DNA of 63,089 bases, counting the filler, from Actinomycetales bacterium (GTDB lineage Bacteria; Actinomycetota; Actinomycetes; Actinomycetales; CAVURS01), in assembly GCA_045807245.1 (NCBI GenBank). It is 5 parts of 5 records of this genome, joined end to end, with 100 filler letters (N's around TTAATTAATTAA, not from the genome) between each part and the next. Parts side by side here need not be neighbours in the genome. Positions count along the whole stretch, not along the records: positions 20,071 to 45,333 come from JBJMHS010000013.1; positions 45,434 to 59,602 come from JBJMHS010000016.1; 3 more parts are not named here. The stretch is one strand, 5' to 3'. The translations under genes and the position numbers were made by a program. Every line of letters starts with the position of its first letter. Positions within the stretch are counted from its first letter, which is position 1. A model generated the notes under the pieces. That model made no database searches, had not been told where the DNA came from, and saw only the letters and a list, made by a program, of their open reading frames with translations. This document shows, piece after piece, positions 39,595 through 49,963 of the stretch.

Positions 39595-41371
39595 ATGCCG
39601 AGGCCGGACTGGGCCCGGTCGTCCATCTCCGCCTCGCTCGGCCGGGCGATCTTGGGGGTCGGTGTAACCTCCGCGGCCTTTGCGGCCGTCGAGCTCGCCT
39701 GCATGAGCTGGGGTCGCGGCGTTCAGTCGGTGGCGGCTGATGCCCTCCAGATCGGTTGCGGCCTGGTCTTCACCCTGACCGGCCTCGCGGCCTGGTGGCG
39801 CCGCCCGAACAACAACCTCGGCCTACTGATGGTCTGCTGCGGGTGGTCGTTCTTCCTGACCACGCTGTACGTCGTACCGGCCCACGGCCGCGTTGGTGAC
39901 CGCCATCATCTTGCAGAGCCTGCCCCTGCCGATGATCGGCCACATCGTGCTCGCCTTCCCGAGCGGACGGCTGTCGGATCCGCTGTCGCGGGGGCTCGCG
40001 ATCTATGCCTACGCCGACGCGTTGGTCGTCACGATCCCCTACTACCTGTACAGCGACACGCACACGTTCCTCACGCTGCGCGTCGACCCTGCGCGCGCGC
40101 AGTTCTGGCAGCACATCAGCAGCGCGGTTTCGGTCCTTGCCGTGGTGGTGTTCTGCATGATCCTGGTGCAGCGGCTCCGCTCGGCGTCCTCTACGAAGCG
40201 GCGTGTCCTGCTGCCGCTCTACCTCTACGCCGTCGTCGGGCTCGCCGCCGCCCTGGTGGTCGCCGCGCATCCCTACGGCCCGACCCCCGACCGCCTCGGT
40301 CGCGAACTGGTGCTCTTCTCCTGGTTGGCCCTGGTGCCCGTGAGCTTTGCGCTCGCACTGGCCCGCGGCGGGTTCGCGCGGACAGCGGCCGTAGAAGAGC
40401 TCGGCGGGTGGCTGGCCGCCGAGCCGATGTCGCGCCCGCAGCTCGCGACGCGGCTCGCTGCCACTCTCGGCGATGACAGCGCCGAGCTGTTGTTCTGGTC
40501 CGACGAACGGGGAGAGCTCGTGGACGGCGGTGGGCAGTCGGTCGACATCTCGCAGGTCGACGGTCGCGCTGTCGAACCGATCACGATCGACGACCGGCTC
40601 GTCGGTGCCATCAGGTACGACGCGGGCTTGATCGCCGACGGCAGCGATGTCCGGTCGGCGGGTCGCGTGGTGGCCCTCGCAGTGGACCGCGATCGGCTCA
40701 CTGCCGAGCTGCACGAACGTGAGGATGAGATACGGCGATCACGAACCCGCATTGCGGAGGCGGGCCAGCAGGAGCGGCGCCGCATCGCCCAGCGGCTGCA
40801 TGACGAGCTGCAGAACCGGATCGTCGTCCTCGCGATCGGCCTGCAGATGACAGCTACGGACGACCGCCTCTCGACCGAGCTGCGCGACCAGCTGGAGAGA
40901 CTTCGCAGCGACGCTAACGACCTCGCCGACATGCTGCGGGCTATCGCGCACGACGTCATGCCGGCCCCGTTGATCGAGCGGGGGTTGCGGGCGGCACTGG
41001 ACGACCTTTGCGATCGGGTCCCGGTGTCGATCGCCTTGAAGTACGACGCGGCGGTCGACGAGCGACTGCCCGAGCCGGTCGAGACGTTGGCGTACTTCGT
41101 CGTCGCGGAGGCGTTGACCAACGCGCTCAAACACGCGCAGCCAAGCGCGCTGGCGATCGAGGTGGTCGAGGGGGCAGGCACGGTGCGGCTCTCGGTCCGG
41201 GACGACGGCATCGGTGGCGCGTCATCGAGCAGCGGTCATGGGCTGGCGGCCCTGACCGACCGGGTGCGGGCACTCGGCGGTGATCTGACCGTCCACAGCC
41301 CGGCCGGCGAGGGAACCGACGTGCGCGCCGAACTCCCGTCGTGGCCTGCCCCTGGCCGTCGAACGGTGTGA
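39595..41371 (+). pseudogene. HisKA_3 sensor histidine kinase with apparent frameshift near 39880
   Basis: AWWRRPNNNLGLLM in one frame continues as LAFPSGRL..RLHDELQ..EALTNALKHA..DDGIGG in the next frame. Confidence 0.7.
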
Positions 41372-41491
41372 CCCAGCCGGGGTGCCCGGCCGTCACCATG
41401 TCGATCGGTCAGGATTCAAGAAGTACGGCGGCCCGCCGGCTGCCTAGCATCGGCCTGAGTCAACGACGACCAACCAGGAAGGGGACGTGCC

Positions 41492-41941
41492 ATGCCGGCC
41501 ACGAAGAAGACCGCGGCGAAGAAGACCGCTCCCGCATTCACCACCGACGAGCAGGCGGCCATGAAGGCCCGCTCGGACGAGATCAAGGCGGCCAAGAAGA
41601 AGGGCGGCGAGGACGACGAGCCCGCGTTGCTGGCCAAGATCGCGGAGATGCCGCCGTCGGATCGCAAGCTGGCCGAGCAGGTGCACAGGATCGTCCGGGA
41701 CAGCGGTCCCGAGCTGACCTGTCGCACCTGGTACGGCATGCCGGCGTACGCAAAGGACGGCAAGGTCGTCTGCTGGTTCAAGGCCGCCGACAAGTTCAAG
41801 GCGCGTTACGCCACCATCGGGTTCAGCGACCAGGCGGCCCTCGACAACGGGAACATGTGGCCCACCGAGTACGCCGTCACGGACCTGACGCAGGCCGACG
41901 AGGCCAAGCTGGCCAAGCTCGTCAAGCAGGCCGTGCGCTGA
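41492..41941 (+). CDS. DUF1801 (YdhG-like) protein
   Basis: WYGMPAYAKDGKVVC.F..KFKARYATIGF..MWPT. Confidence 0.88.
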   Translation: MPATKKTAAKKTAPAFTTDEQAAMKARSDEIKAAKKKGGEDDEPALLAKIAEMPPSDRKLAEQVHRIVRDSGPELTCRTWYGMPAYAKDGKVVCWFKAADKFKARYATIGFSDQAALDNGNMWPTEYAVTDLTQADEAKLAKLVKQAVR

Positions 41942-42791
41942 CCTCCGCCGACGCGAGCATCGTGAGCAGTCGGTCGACGGCCGCGGTCATCGCGTCCCGT
42001 GCGCCGGACAGGTAGAGCCTCGGATCGGTCTGCTCCGGGTTGGCGCGAAGCCACGCCCGGACCTCGTGTGTCATCGCCACGTTGAGGGCGGTACCGACGT
42101 TGACCTTGGCGATCCCGGCGGCGACAGCCCGTTGCAGGTCGTCGTCGGGGACGCCGGACGACCCGTGCAGGACCAGGGGCACCGCCAGTCGATCCCGCAG
42201 GGCCGCAACGAGATCCACATCCAGGCGGGCGGTTCGCTCGGTCATGGCGTGCGAGCTCCCCACCGCCACCGCGAGCGCGTCGACGTCCGTCGCCGTGACG
42301 AAGGCGGCCGCCTCGTCGGCGTCGGTCCGTACGCCGGGCGCGTGGGCGCTTGCGGCAACTCCGGTCTTGCCACCGACGTACCCGAGCTCGGCCTCGACCC
42401 AGAGCCCGGCGCCGTGGGCCAGGGTCACGGCAGCCCGCGTCCGCTCGACGTTCGCCTCATAGGGGAGCGCCCCCGCGTCGTACATCACCGAGCTGAACAC
42501 CGACGCACACCCCTCGGCGAGCAGCTCGTCGTCGGTGACATGGTCGAGGTGCAGCGCGACCGGCGTGTGGGCCGAGCGCGCGACGGCCGCGCTCGCCACC
42601 GCGATCGGCTCGAGTGCGCCCCCGTGGTAGCGCACCGCGTTCTCGCTGATCTGCAGGATCACGCCCATCTCGCGCGCAGCTGCGGCCGCGACGACGGCCT
42701 CCGCATGCTCGAGCGTGATGACGTTGAGCGCCGCCACGGCGCCCCCGCCGCGCCGGGCGCGGTCGACCAGCTCACGCGTGGGGACGATCAC
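41922..42791 (-). CDS. Class II (tagatose/fructose) bisphosphate aldolase
   Basis: LHLDH, EAELG, AVAVGSSH, LVLHGSSG, KVNVGT. Confidence 0.9.
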   Translation of the reverse strand: MIVPTRELVDRARRGGGAVAALNVITLEHAEAVVAAAAAREMGVILQISENAVRYHGGALEPIAVASAAVARSAHTPVALHLDHVTDDELLAEGCASVFSSVMYDAGALPYEANVERTRAAVTLAHGAGLWVEAELGYVGGKTGVAASAHAPGVRTDADEAAAFVTATDVDALAVAVGSSHAMTERTARLDVDLVAALRDRLAVPLVLHGSSGVPDDDLQRAVAAGIAKVNVGTALNVAMTHEVRAWLRANPEQTDPRLYLSGARDAMTAAVDRLLTMLASAEVSARPA

Positions 42792-43699
42792 GAGGCCGGG
42801 TCGGGCAGGAGGACCGACCGAGTCAGGTTGCGCGGCCGGTCGGGGTCCAGGCCCTTGGCGTGCGCCCGCTGCACGGCGAACAGCTGGGCGCGGACGAGGT
42901 CGGCGACCGGGTCGAGGTCGTCGTCGACCACGGTGACGCCGGTGTCGGCGAGGTCCTGGGGCAGCCCGTCCACCGCGGGGCCGAAGACCCAAACGCCGCG
43001 CCCCGGTTCGGCGATCGAGATGGGCCCGTGGCGGTACTCCATCTGCGGATAGGCCTCGGTCCACAGCTGTGCCGCCTCGCGCATCTTCAGCGCCGCCTCT
43101 TGCGCGATCCCGTAGGCCCAGTCCTGACCGAGGTAGCTGACCTGGTCGGCCGAGCCCAACCCGGCCGGCAGGGGGAAGCCGCCCGCGAGCACGGCCTCGG
43201 TCTGCGCCTCGGCCGCGCCGAGGTCTTCGCCGAGCGATGCTCGCAGGAGCATCAGGGTCGTGGTGGCGAAAACCGTTTGTACGACGGACTTCTCGTCGGC
43301 GAAGTCCAGCACGACGGCATGGTCGGCGGCCGCGGCCACCGGGCTGCCGGCGACCGCGGTGACGGCCGCGACCGGCGACCTCGTCGTCTCGATGGCCCGC
43401 ACCACCTCGGTGGTCGTGCCCGACCGCGAGATGGCAACCACGCGGTCGTAGCCCCGGCCGACCGGGAACTGGCTGGCCGCGAAGCTGTCCGTCTCCCCGA
43501 TGGCGCGTTCGCGCAGGGCCGCGTACGCCGTCGCCATGAACCACGACGTGCCGCAGCCGAGCACGGCGACCCGTTCGCCCGGCTGCGGGAGCACAGCGGC
43601 GAACTCGGCCAGCCGGTCGAGTGCGGCGGCCCAAGCCTGCGGCTGGCTCCGGATCTCCTGCTCCACATGAGTGGGGGCGGACGTGAGGTCAGTGCTCAT
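42788..43699 (-). CDS. SIS-domain sugar-phosphate isomerase/deaminase
   Basis: EIRSQP, GCGTS, SRSGTTTE, EAALKMRE, EYRHGP, PRNLTRSV. Confidence 0.9.
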   Translation of the reverse strand: MSTDLTSAPTHVEQEIRSQPQAWAAALDRLAEFAAVLPQPGERVAVLGCGTSWFMATAYAALRERAIGETDSFAASQFPVGRGYDRVVAISRSGTTTEVVRAIETTRSPVAAVTAVAGSPVAAAADHAVVLDFADEKSVVQTVFATTTLMLLRASLGEDLGAAEAQTEAVLAGGFPLPAGLGSADQVSYLGQDWAYGIAQEAALKMREAAQLWTEAYPQMEYRHGPISIAEPGRGVWVFGPAVDGLPQDLADTGVTVVDDDLDPVADLVRAQLFAVQRAHAKGLDPDRPRNLTRSVLLPDPAS

Positions 43700-44676
43700 C
43701 GGCGTACGGCGTCCTTCGGCTCGGTCTCGTTCAGGTCGCTCGCGAGGGGCTGGCCGGCGACACCGCCGACGGCCTGCACTGCCAGGGCACCGGCCCGGAC
43801 GGCGCGGCTCAGGCACTCAGGCAGCCGGCGCTCGTCCAGCCAGGAGTCCAGGAACGCCGCGTCGAAGGTGTCGCCTGCCCCTGTGGTGTCGATCGCGGTG
43901 ACCACCGAGGCCGGTTCGACGACCAGCTCGCCGCCCGGCGTCGCGGCGAAGGCACCGGCGGCGCCGTCCTTCACGACCACGAGCGCACCGGTCCCCGCCA
44001 GGGACCGCGCGGCGGCCTGCGCATCCGCCACGCCGGCCAACCCCGCCAGCGCGACGACTTCGGCGCGGTTGGGCAGGAACACGTCGACGAGCGGCAGCAG
44101 GTCCCGGACGCGTCGCCACTCCTGGGCCGGGTCGTCTCCGGTGTCCAGGGATGTCGTCAGACGGTGGTCGCGCAGCTCGGCCAACAGCGCCCGCAGTCCC
44201 TCGGCCAGCCTCGGCTGCAGGAACAGGGACGCGACGTGAACGTGGGCTACCCCGGCCCCGTCGGGCGTCGCGTCCCGGACCGCCTCCATCACCTCGTCGA
44301 CGGTCAGCGTCGGAATGGCCCCTGGCAGGGTGAGGATCGCGCGGTCGTCCGGCCGGCTCAGCACCACCGAGAGCCCGGTCGGAACGTCCGGGCGCCAGCG
44401 CAGCGAGGTGATGTCGACGCCGGCCGACGCGAGGTCGGCCGCCACCCGCCGGCCGAAGCCGTCATCGCCCAGCGCGGCCACCAGCCGGACCGGTCGGCCG
44501 AGCCGGGCCAGCCCGTGCGCGGTGATGGAGGCCGAACCCCCGATGGTCACAGAGGCGGCGTCGAGCAGCTGCTCGCGCTGCCCGAACCGTGGGACGACGT
44601 CACCCGTGAGCACCAGGTCGGTGTTGGCGTCGCCCACCACCAGGACGGTTCGGGCCCCGGCGGCGTGAGCGGACAT
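43696..44676 (-). CDS. PfkB family carbohydrate kinase
   Basis: IGGSASITA, LGDDGFG, DTTGAGDTF. Confidence 0.9.
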   Translation of the reverse strand: MSAHAAGARTVLVVGDANTDLVLTGDVVPRFGQREQLLDAASVTIGGSASITAHGLARLGRPVRLVAALGDDGFGRRVAADLASAGVDITSLRWRPDVPTGLSVVLSRPDDRAILTLPGAIPTLTVDEVMEAVRDATPDGAGVAHVHVASLFLQPRLAEGLRALLAELRDHRLTTSLDTGDDPAQEWRRVRDLLPLVDVFLPNRAEVVALAGLAGVADAQAAARSLAGTGALVVVKDGAAGAFAATPGGELVVEPASVVTAIDTTGAGDTFDAAFLDSWLDERRLPECLSRAVRAGALAVQAVGGVAGQPLASDLNETEPKDAVRR

Positions 44677-44776
44677 GGCGCCCATGATGGGTCCGGCGGG
44701 CTCACGTTGTCCAGAATCAGTCACGAAAGTTGAGCGTTCTTGCTCGCGCCGCGCACACGGTGGCATGCTCGGGCGC

Positions 44777-45333
44777 ATGACCAGGGTCGTCTTCGTGGGC
44801 GCCGGCTCGGCCGTGTTCACCCGTCAGCTCGTCCGCGACCTGCTCTCGTTCGACGACCTTGGACCACTGACCCTGGTCATGCACGACGTCGACCAACGCC
44901 GCCTCGAGCTGGCCGGAGGCGTCGGTCGGATCGCCGTGGCCCGGCACGGTCGCACCGACGTGGTCGTGACCGAGCCCGACCGCCGCAGGGCCTTGGCCGG
45001 TGCCGACTTCGTCATCAACACGGTGAACATCGGCGGCCATCCGGCGACCGTCACCGACCTCGAGCTTCCGATGCGCTACGGCCTGCGTCAGACCATCGGT
45101 GACACCCTCGGCGTCGGCGGGATCTTCCGCGGGTTGAGGACCTTCGGCTTCCTCGACGCGCTGGCGACGGACATGCGTGCGGTCTGCCCGGACGCCTGGC
45201 TGCTGAACTACACCAACCCGATGGCGATGAACGTCCAGTACCTCGCGACGACCCACCCCGAGACCAAGGTTCTGGGTCTGTGTCATTCCGTCTACTGGAC
45301 AGTCCACGACCTGTGCGCCCTCGTCGGTGTACC
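44777..45333 (+). CDS. Glycoside hydrolase family 4 (alpha-galactosidase-like), 3'-truncated
   Basis: FVGAGSAVF, QTIGDTLGVGG, NYTNPM, GLCHSV. Confidence 0.92.
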
Positions 45334-45433
45334 NNNNNNNNNNNNNNNNNNNNNNNNNNNNNNNNNNNNNNNNNNNNTTAATTAATTAANNNNNNNNNNN
45401 NNNNNNNNNNNNNNNNNNNNNNNNNNNNNNNNN
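45334..45433. other. Artificial contig spacer
   Basis: N-run with TTAATTAATTAA. Confidence 0.99.
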
Positions 45434-45716
45434 CGTAACCGACCGCGTTGCCCAGCAAGGCACCCAGAGACAGCACCAGACAGACCACCGCAAGCGGCTG
45501 CGGCACCAGCCCCTGGCTGACGAACAGGCCGACGCTGAACAGCAGCGTGTCGCCGGGCAGGAAGAACCCGACCAGCAGTCCGCACTCGGAGAAGATGATG
45601 GCCAGGCACACCCACAGCGCCCACTGGCCGGCGCTGTCCAGCAGCTGGTTGGGGTCCAGCCACGACGGACCGAGGGCGTGCAGCACGGGCCTGAGGCTAC
45701 GGGAGCCCGGCACCAC
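45434..45716 (-). CDS. DedA family membrane protein, 3'-truncated
   Basis: IIFSECGLLVGFFLPGDTLLF signature; start uncertain. Confidence 0.88.
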
Positions 45717-45787
45717 TCCGTGCCGCGGAGGATGTGATCCACTGGTCCGCTCACAGGGTCTTCACCTGTACGCCGGAGGGCCACCAC

Positions 45788-46531
45788 ATGTCCGTCGACA
45801 CATCGGGGAGCGACGGCATCGTGCCGTCGGCCGAGCCGTGGGCCGAGCGGTCAGCCGAGCCATCGGCCGGGCCCGGCGTCGGGCCCTGGCGCGGACCATG
45901 GCCCGACGACCCGGCGTACGACCCGGAGCTGCTCGCGGGCGGTGACCGGCGCAACGTCGTCGACCGATACCGGTACCTGCGGGTCGAGGCGATCGTCGCC
46001 GATCTGGACCGCACCCGGCACCCCCTGCACGTGGCGATCGAGAACTGGGGCCACGACTTCAACATCGGCTCCGTCGTGCGGACCGCCAACGCGTTCAACG
46101 TCGCCGAGGTCCACATCCTCGGCCGCCGTCGCTGGAACCGCCGCGGCGCCATGGTGACCGACCGCTACCTGCACGTGCGCCACCACGCGGACGTCGCGGG
46201 GCTGGCCGCCTGGGCCGGTGGCGCCGGCGTACCGCTCATCGGGATCGACAACGTGCCCGGCGCCGTACCGCTCGAGACGTTCGCCTTCCCGCGCGCCTGC
46301 TGCCTGGTCTTCGGTCAGGAGAGCAACGGCCTGTCGGCCGAGGCTCAGAAGGCCTGCGCGACCGTGCTGGCCATCACCCAGTTCGGTTCGACCCGCTCGA
46401 TCAACGCCGGCGCGGCCGGGGCGATCGCGATGCACGCGTGGATCCGCGAGCACGGCGGTCACCCGGGTCAACCTGGTCAACCTGGTGAACCAGATCCACC
46501 CGGTCAGCCCAGCCGACCGGTCAGGGCATGA
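45788..46531 (+). CDS. TrmH/SpoU family RNA methyltransferase
   Basis: HDFNIGSVVRTANAF, FGQESNGL, GSTRSINAG. Confidence 0.92.
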   Translation: MSVDTSGSDGIVPSAEPWAERSAEPSAGPGVGPWRGPWPDDPAYDPELLAGGDRRNVVDRYRYLRVEAIVADLDRTRHPLHVAIENWGHDFNIGSVVRTANAFNVAEVHILGRRRWNRRGAMVTDRYLHVRHHADVAGLAAWAGGAGVPLIGIDNVPGAVPLETFAFPRACCLVFGQESNGLSAEAQKACATVLAITQFGSTRSINAGAAGAIAMHAWIREHGGHPGQPGQPGEPDPPGQPSRPVRA

Positions 46532-48944
46532 AGTAGCCCGCCAGGTCAGCGATCGCCTGCGCCGTGCCGGACGAGCCGTTGTAGATCGTGAAGTCGCTCC
46601 CCGAGGTGATGGTCATGTTGGCGACTGTCTGGTGGGCGACGAAGTTCAGCGTTGAGACCGGGTGGTGCTCCAAGAGGTAGGTGTTCTCGCCCTGGTAGGC
46701 CATAAAGCCGGCCCGCGTCTCCTGGGTCACCGTGCCGTTCAGCACGAGGGCGCTGGCCACCGGGGCCCCGAACGGCGACGGCCACGATGCGTGGGGTCGG
46801 ATCGGCCCGGGGTTGAACGGCCCGGTGGTGCGCGTGTCGAGCAGCCGCCGAGGCGTGACGGCGACGAACGTGCCGGGGTCGGTCGGCGTCCCGCCGAGGT
46901 AGTAGCCGGCGACGTCGACCAGGAGGTCCACCGAGCCGGACGAACCGTTGTAGACCGACACGTCACCGGCCGCACCGAGTCCGACCGTCACCTCGTTGGC
47001 CCGGGTCTGGCCGGAGGCGTAGCTCAGGCTGGACGCGACCGGCCGGGACGCCCCACCGGCGTACGCCGTGAGGTAGCCGGATCCACCGGGCGTCACCGCC
47101 GTGACGCTGAGGACGGCCGCGGAGACGTTGCTGCCGGGCACGCCACCCGCGCCGGAGACCCCGAAGGTGAGCGTCGCGCCACCGGCTATGCGCGCAGCCG
47201 GAGTGCCGGTGCCGTCGCGGGTGTCGACGATGCGGGCCGGCGTGAGGGCGGTGAAGGAGCCCGGCGCGGTGGCGGCACCCGATCGGTAGTAGCCGACGAC
47301 GTCGACGAGCAGGTGCACGGACCCGCTGCTGCCGTTGTAGAGGTTGACCGCGCCGCTGCCATTGAGCGCGACGGTCACCGCCACCGGAGTCGTCGCTCCG
47401 GCCGCGTAGTTCAGGTTCGAGGTGGGCGGGCGGTTCTGGCCGCCGGGATACACCGTGACGTACCCCCGACGGGTCGGAGCTACCGCGGTGACGTTGAGCA
47501 CGACCGCGCCGGCGCCCGTTGACGGCACGCCGGCGTGACCAGCGATCGGCAGGCTCAGCAGGCCCCCGCCCGGTAGCGGCCCGCCGGTGCCGGACCTCGT
47601 GTCCAGGAGGCGGCGGGGCACCAGCGGGACGAACGCACCGCTCGGCGCGACGCTGTCGGCGTGCAGCCGGATCGCTCCCATCCGGATGTTGTCCGTCGCG
47701 GTCAGGGCCAGGGCCAGCACGGGGTGGCCGTCGGGCTGGACGGCGCCGTCGAACACCTCCGCCGGGACCATGCTCCCCCGCACAACCTCCTCGGACATCT
47801 GGATGGCGCCACCGGACCCGAAGGCGGGGTCGACGACACCTGCGGCCGAGAGCCGGGCGATGATCGGCCCCCGCGTGGGGCAGCTGGGTCCGCCGAAGCT
47901 GCGGTGAGTGCCGAAGACATAGACGTACGGCGAGCGCACCGCCACCGACGTGGCCGTCGGCTCACAGTCCGAGAGCGGGATCCGGGCCGTGCCCGCTGTG
48001 CCGAACGTGGCGTCGACCGTGCCACTGGGCAGGAGGCGGGTCACCGCCATGGTCCCCTGCCGACTCGGACCGTCCGCTCCGGTGACGTAGTAGTCGCCGT
48101 CCGACTCCACGCCCAGGTGGCCCGCGCCGAAGGTCGTCGGGAGCGCCCGGGCGCCGCCTGACCCGAAGCCGGTGTCGAGCGTGCCGTTCGCGGCGCGGCG
48201 CTGCACCTGGCTCGTTCCTGTGGCCGCGACGAGCAAGAGCAGCGCGTGGTTGCCGTCCGTATCCAGGTCCGCGACCAGGTTGGAACTCGGGACGACGCCG
48301 GGGGTGCTGCCTCCGGCGTTCCACGCGGCGTCCAGCCCCCCGGTGGCATCGACCGCGGCCACGTACGACGTGGTGCTGGTGGCGCTGTGGCGTCCGGCCA
48401 GCACCACGTCGCCGTTCGCGAGGCGGGCGATACCGGTGACGGCCGTGATGGTGTCCGGGATGGCGACGACGACCTGACCGCCGGTGCCGTAGGTCGTGTC
48501 CAGCACGCCGCTGGCTGACAGGCGAACCAGCGCGATGCCGTTGCCGCTGGCCGCCGGGCCGGCCACGTAGATCGCATCCCCTGCTGCGGAGATGGCCGTG
48601 TAGCGCGAGCCGTCGGGCAAAGTGGTGGCCCCGCCGGTGCCGAACGTGGAGTCCTTCGCGCCGTTGACGGCGAACCGCGTGATCTGGATCTGGTCCACCA
48701 CCGCCGACACCGGGCTGAGCACCACGGCTCGACCGGAGGAGTCGACCGTCCCCCCACCGCCGTACTGGTCCGACGCCCCGAGGGCGACCGCCAGCCCCTG
48801 CAGGCCGTAGTCGGTGTCGAGCCACCCCGGCGTCAACGCCTGCGCGGTGGTGGCTGGACCGAGAAGGCCGCCGGTCAGGACGGTCACGGCGGTCAGGGCC
48901 GAGATGACGACCAGGGTGGCGCGGTGGTGCTGGTACGGACGCAT
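46521..48944 (-). CDS. Secreted protein with delta-60-type beta-propeller repeats and three C-terminal beta-sandwich repeats
   Basis: Signal peptide; repeated G.LDT.FG.GG; three F..LTP.R..DTR..D..GYY modules; ATG 48944. Confidence 0.85.
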   Translation of the reverse strand: MRPYQHHRATLVVISALTAVTVLTGGLLGPATTAQALTPGWLDTDYGLQGLAVALGASDQYGGGGTVDSSGRAVVLSPVSAVVDQIQITRFAVNGAKDSTFGTGGATTLPDGSRYTAISAAGDAIYVAGPAASGNGIALVRLSASGVLDTTYGTGGQVVVAIPDTITAVTGIARLANGDVVLAGRHSATSTTSYVAAVDATGGLDAAWNAGGSTPGVVPSSNLVADLDTDGNHALLLLVAATGTSQVQRRAANGTLDTGFGSGGARALPTTFGAGHLGVESDGDYYVTGADGPSRQGTMAVTRLLPSGTVDATFGTAGTARIPLSDCEPTATSVAVRSPYVYVFGTHRSFGGPSCPTRGPIIARLSAAGVVDPAFGSGGAIQMSEEVVRGSMVPAEVFDGAVQPDGHPVLALALTATDNIRMGAIRLHADSVAPSGAFVPLVPRRLLDTRSGTGGPLPGGGLLSLPIAGHAGVPSTGAGAVVLNVTAVAPTRRGYVTVYPGGQNRPPTSNLNYAAGATTPVAVTVALNGSGAVNLYNGSSGSVHLLVDVVGYYRSGAATAPGSFTALTPARIVDTRDGTGTPAARIAGGATLTFGVSGAGGVPGSNVSAAVLSVTAVTPGGSGYLTAYAGGASRPVASSLSYASGQTRANEVTVGLGAAGDVSVYNGSSGSVDLLVDVAGYYLGGTPTDPGTFVAVTPRRLLDTRTTGPFNPGPIRPHASWPSPFGAPVASALVLNGTVTQETRAGFMAYQGENTYLLEHHPVSTLNFVAHQTVANMTITSGSDFTIYNGSSGTAQAIADLAGYFMP

Positions 48945-48973
48945 TTGGTCCTCCCGGTCTCGCCGATACGGCG

Positions 48974-49963
48974 TCAGCGGTGCCAGATCTTGGGGTGCCC
49001 GGGCAGGCGCGGCGACTCGGTCTGGGCCCAGACCCGGCGCCACTGCGCCACCTGCGGCCCGGACGTCGACGGGGTGCGGCCCGTGGCGGCGCGCCGCTTG
49101 GCCTCCCACCAGGTGTCCGCGTCCTCGTCGACCAGCTCCGCGACGGCGCTCTCGATCCTCGCTCCCAGCTGGCGCACGCCCTCGTCCGCGCTCGGGTACA
49201 GCGGCTCGCCGAACCGCACCGTCACCGGCGGCCGCCCGGGCACCGGCCAGCCTCGTCCTCGTGGCATCGCGGCGAACGAACCGCGGATGCCGACGGGTAC
49301 GACGGCGACGTCGTACTGCTTGGCGAGGTACGCCGCGCCGAGCCGGAACTGACGCATCCAGCCGTCGGGTGAGCGGGTGCCTTCGGGGTACACGACGATG
49401 TTCCATCCGCTGGTGAGCAGGTCGCCCGGCGTGGAGGAGAGGGTGCCGCCACGGCGCTCGATGGGGAATGTGTTGAACACGACCGCCGACCCGGTCGCGC
49501 GCCACCAGGTGTCGAAGAAGTAGTCCGCTGCAGCGGCGACGGCCGTACGGCGACGCCAGTCCGCCGGCAGCGAGCAGAGGATGAGCGGCGTGTCCATGTG
49601 CGAGCTGTGGTTCGCCACGAACACGACCGAGCGCCGGCCCATGCGCTCCAGCAGGTCCAGGCCGTGGACGTCCGGCTGGACCTCGCTGCGCAGCAGCGGA
49701 CCGAGCCCGAGCCGCTGGACCCCCTCGCGCACGACGTTCATCGCCGGTGTGCGGGCCCACGCCGTCGGGAACGGCGGCTTGGGCTTGGTCACGACATACG
49801 GCTCGGCGGAGCGAGGCACGAGCTGCCCTCTGCCCCAACGGAACCCGCGCGACACGAGCTTCAGATCGGCCCGCGCGCCGCGCATGAGGTCGCCGCCCAG
49901 GACGTGCCGAGCGCTCGCGAGCACCGTGCCTGCCCGCACCGGCGCTTTGGCCGAACGGCTCAT
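48974..49963 (-). CDS. PlsC-type lysophospholipid/glycerol-phosphate acyltransferase
   Basis: ANHSSHMD (HX4D), FPIER, YPEGTRS; ATGA-coupled to upstream gene. Confidence 0.92.
   Translation of the reverse strand: MSRSAKAPVRAGTVLASARHVLGGDLMRGARADLKLVSRGFRWGRGQLVPRSAEPYVVTKPKPPFPTAWARTPAMNVVREGVQRLGLGPLLRSEVQPDVHGLDLLERMGRRSVVFVANHSSHMDTPLILCSLPADWRRRTAVAAAADYFFDTWWRATGSAVVFNTFPIERRGGTLSSTPGDLLTSGWNIVVYPEGTRSPDGWMRQFRLGAAYLAKQYDVAVVPVGIRGSFAAMPRGRGWPVPGRPPVTVRFGEPLYPSADEGVRQLGARIESAVAELVDEDADTWWEAKRRAATGRTPSTSGPQVAQWRRVWAQTESPRLPGHPKIWHR

Noticed and set aside
39478..41941. tRNA-integrated genomic island
   Set aside because: No integrase and no duplicated tRNA 3' end found.
46458..46512. PGQPGQPGEP repeat at the end of trmH
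   Set aside because: Short 9-bp slippage in a dispensable tail.
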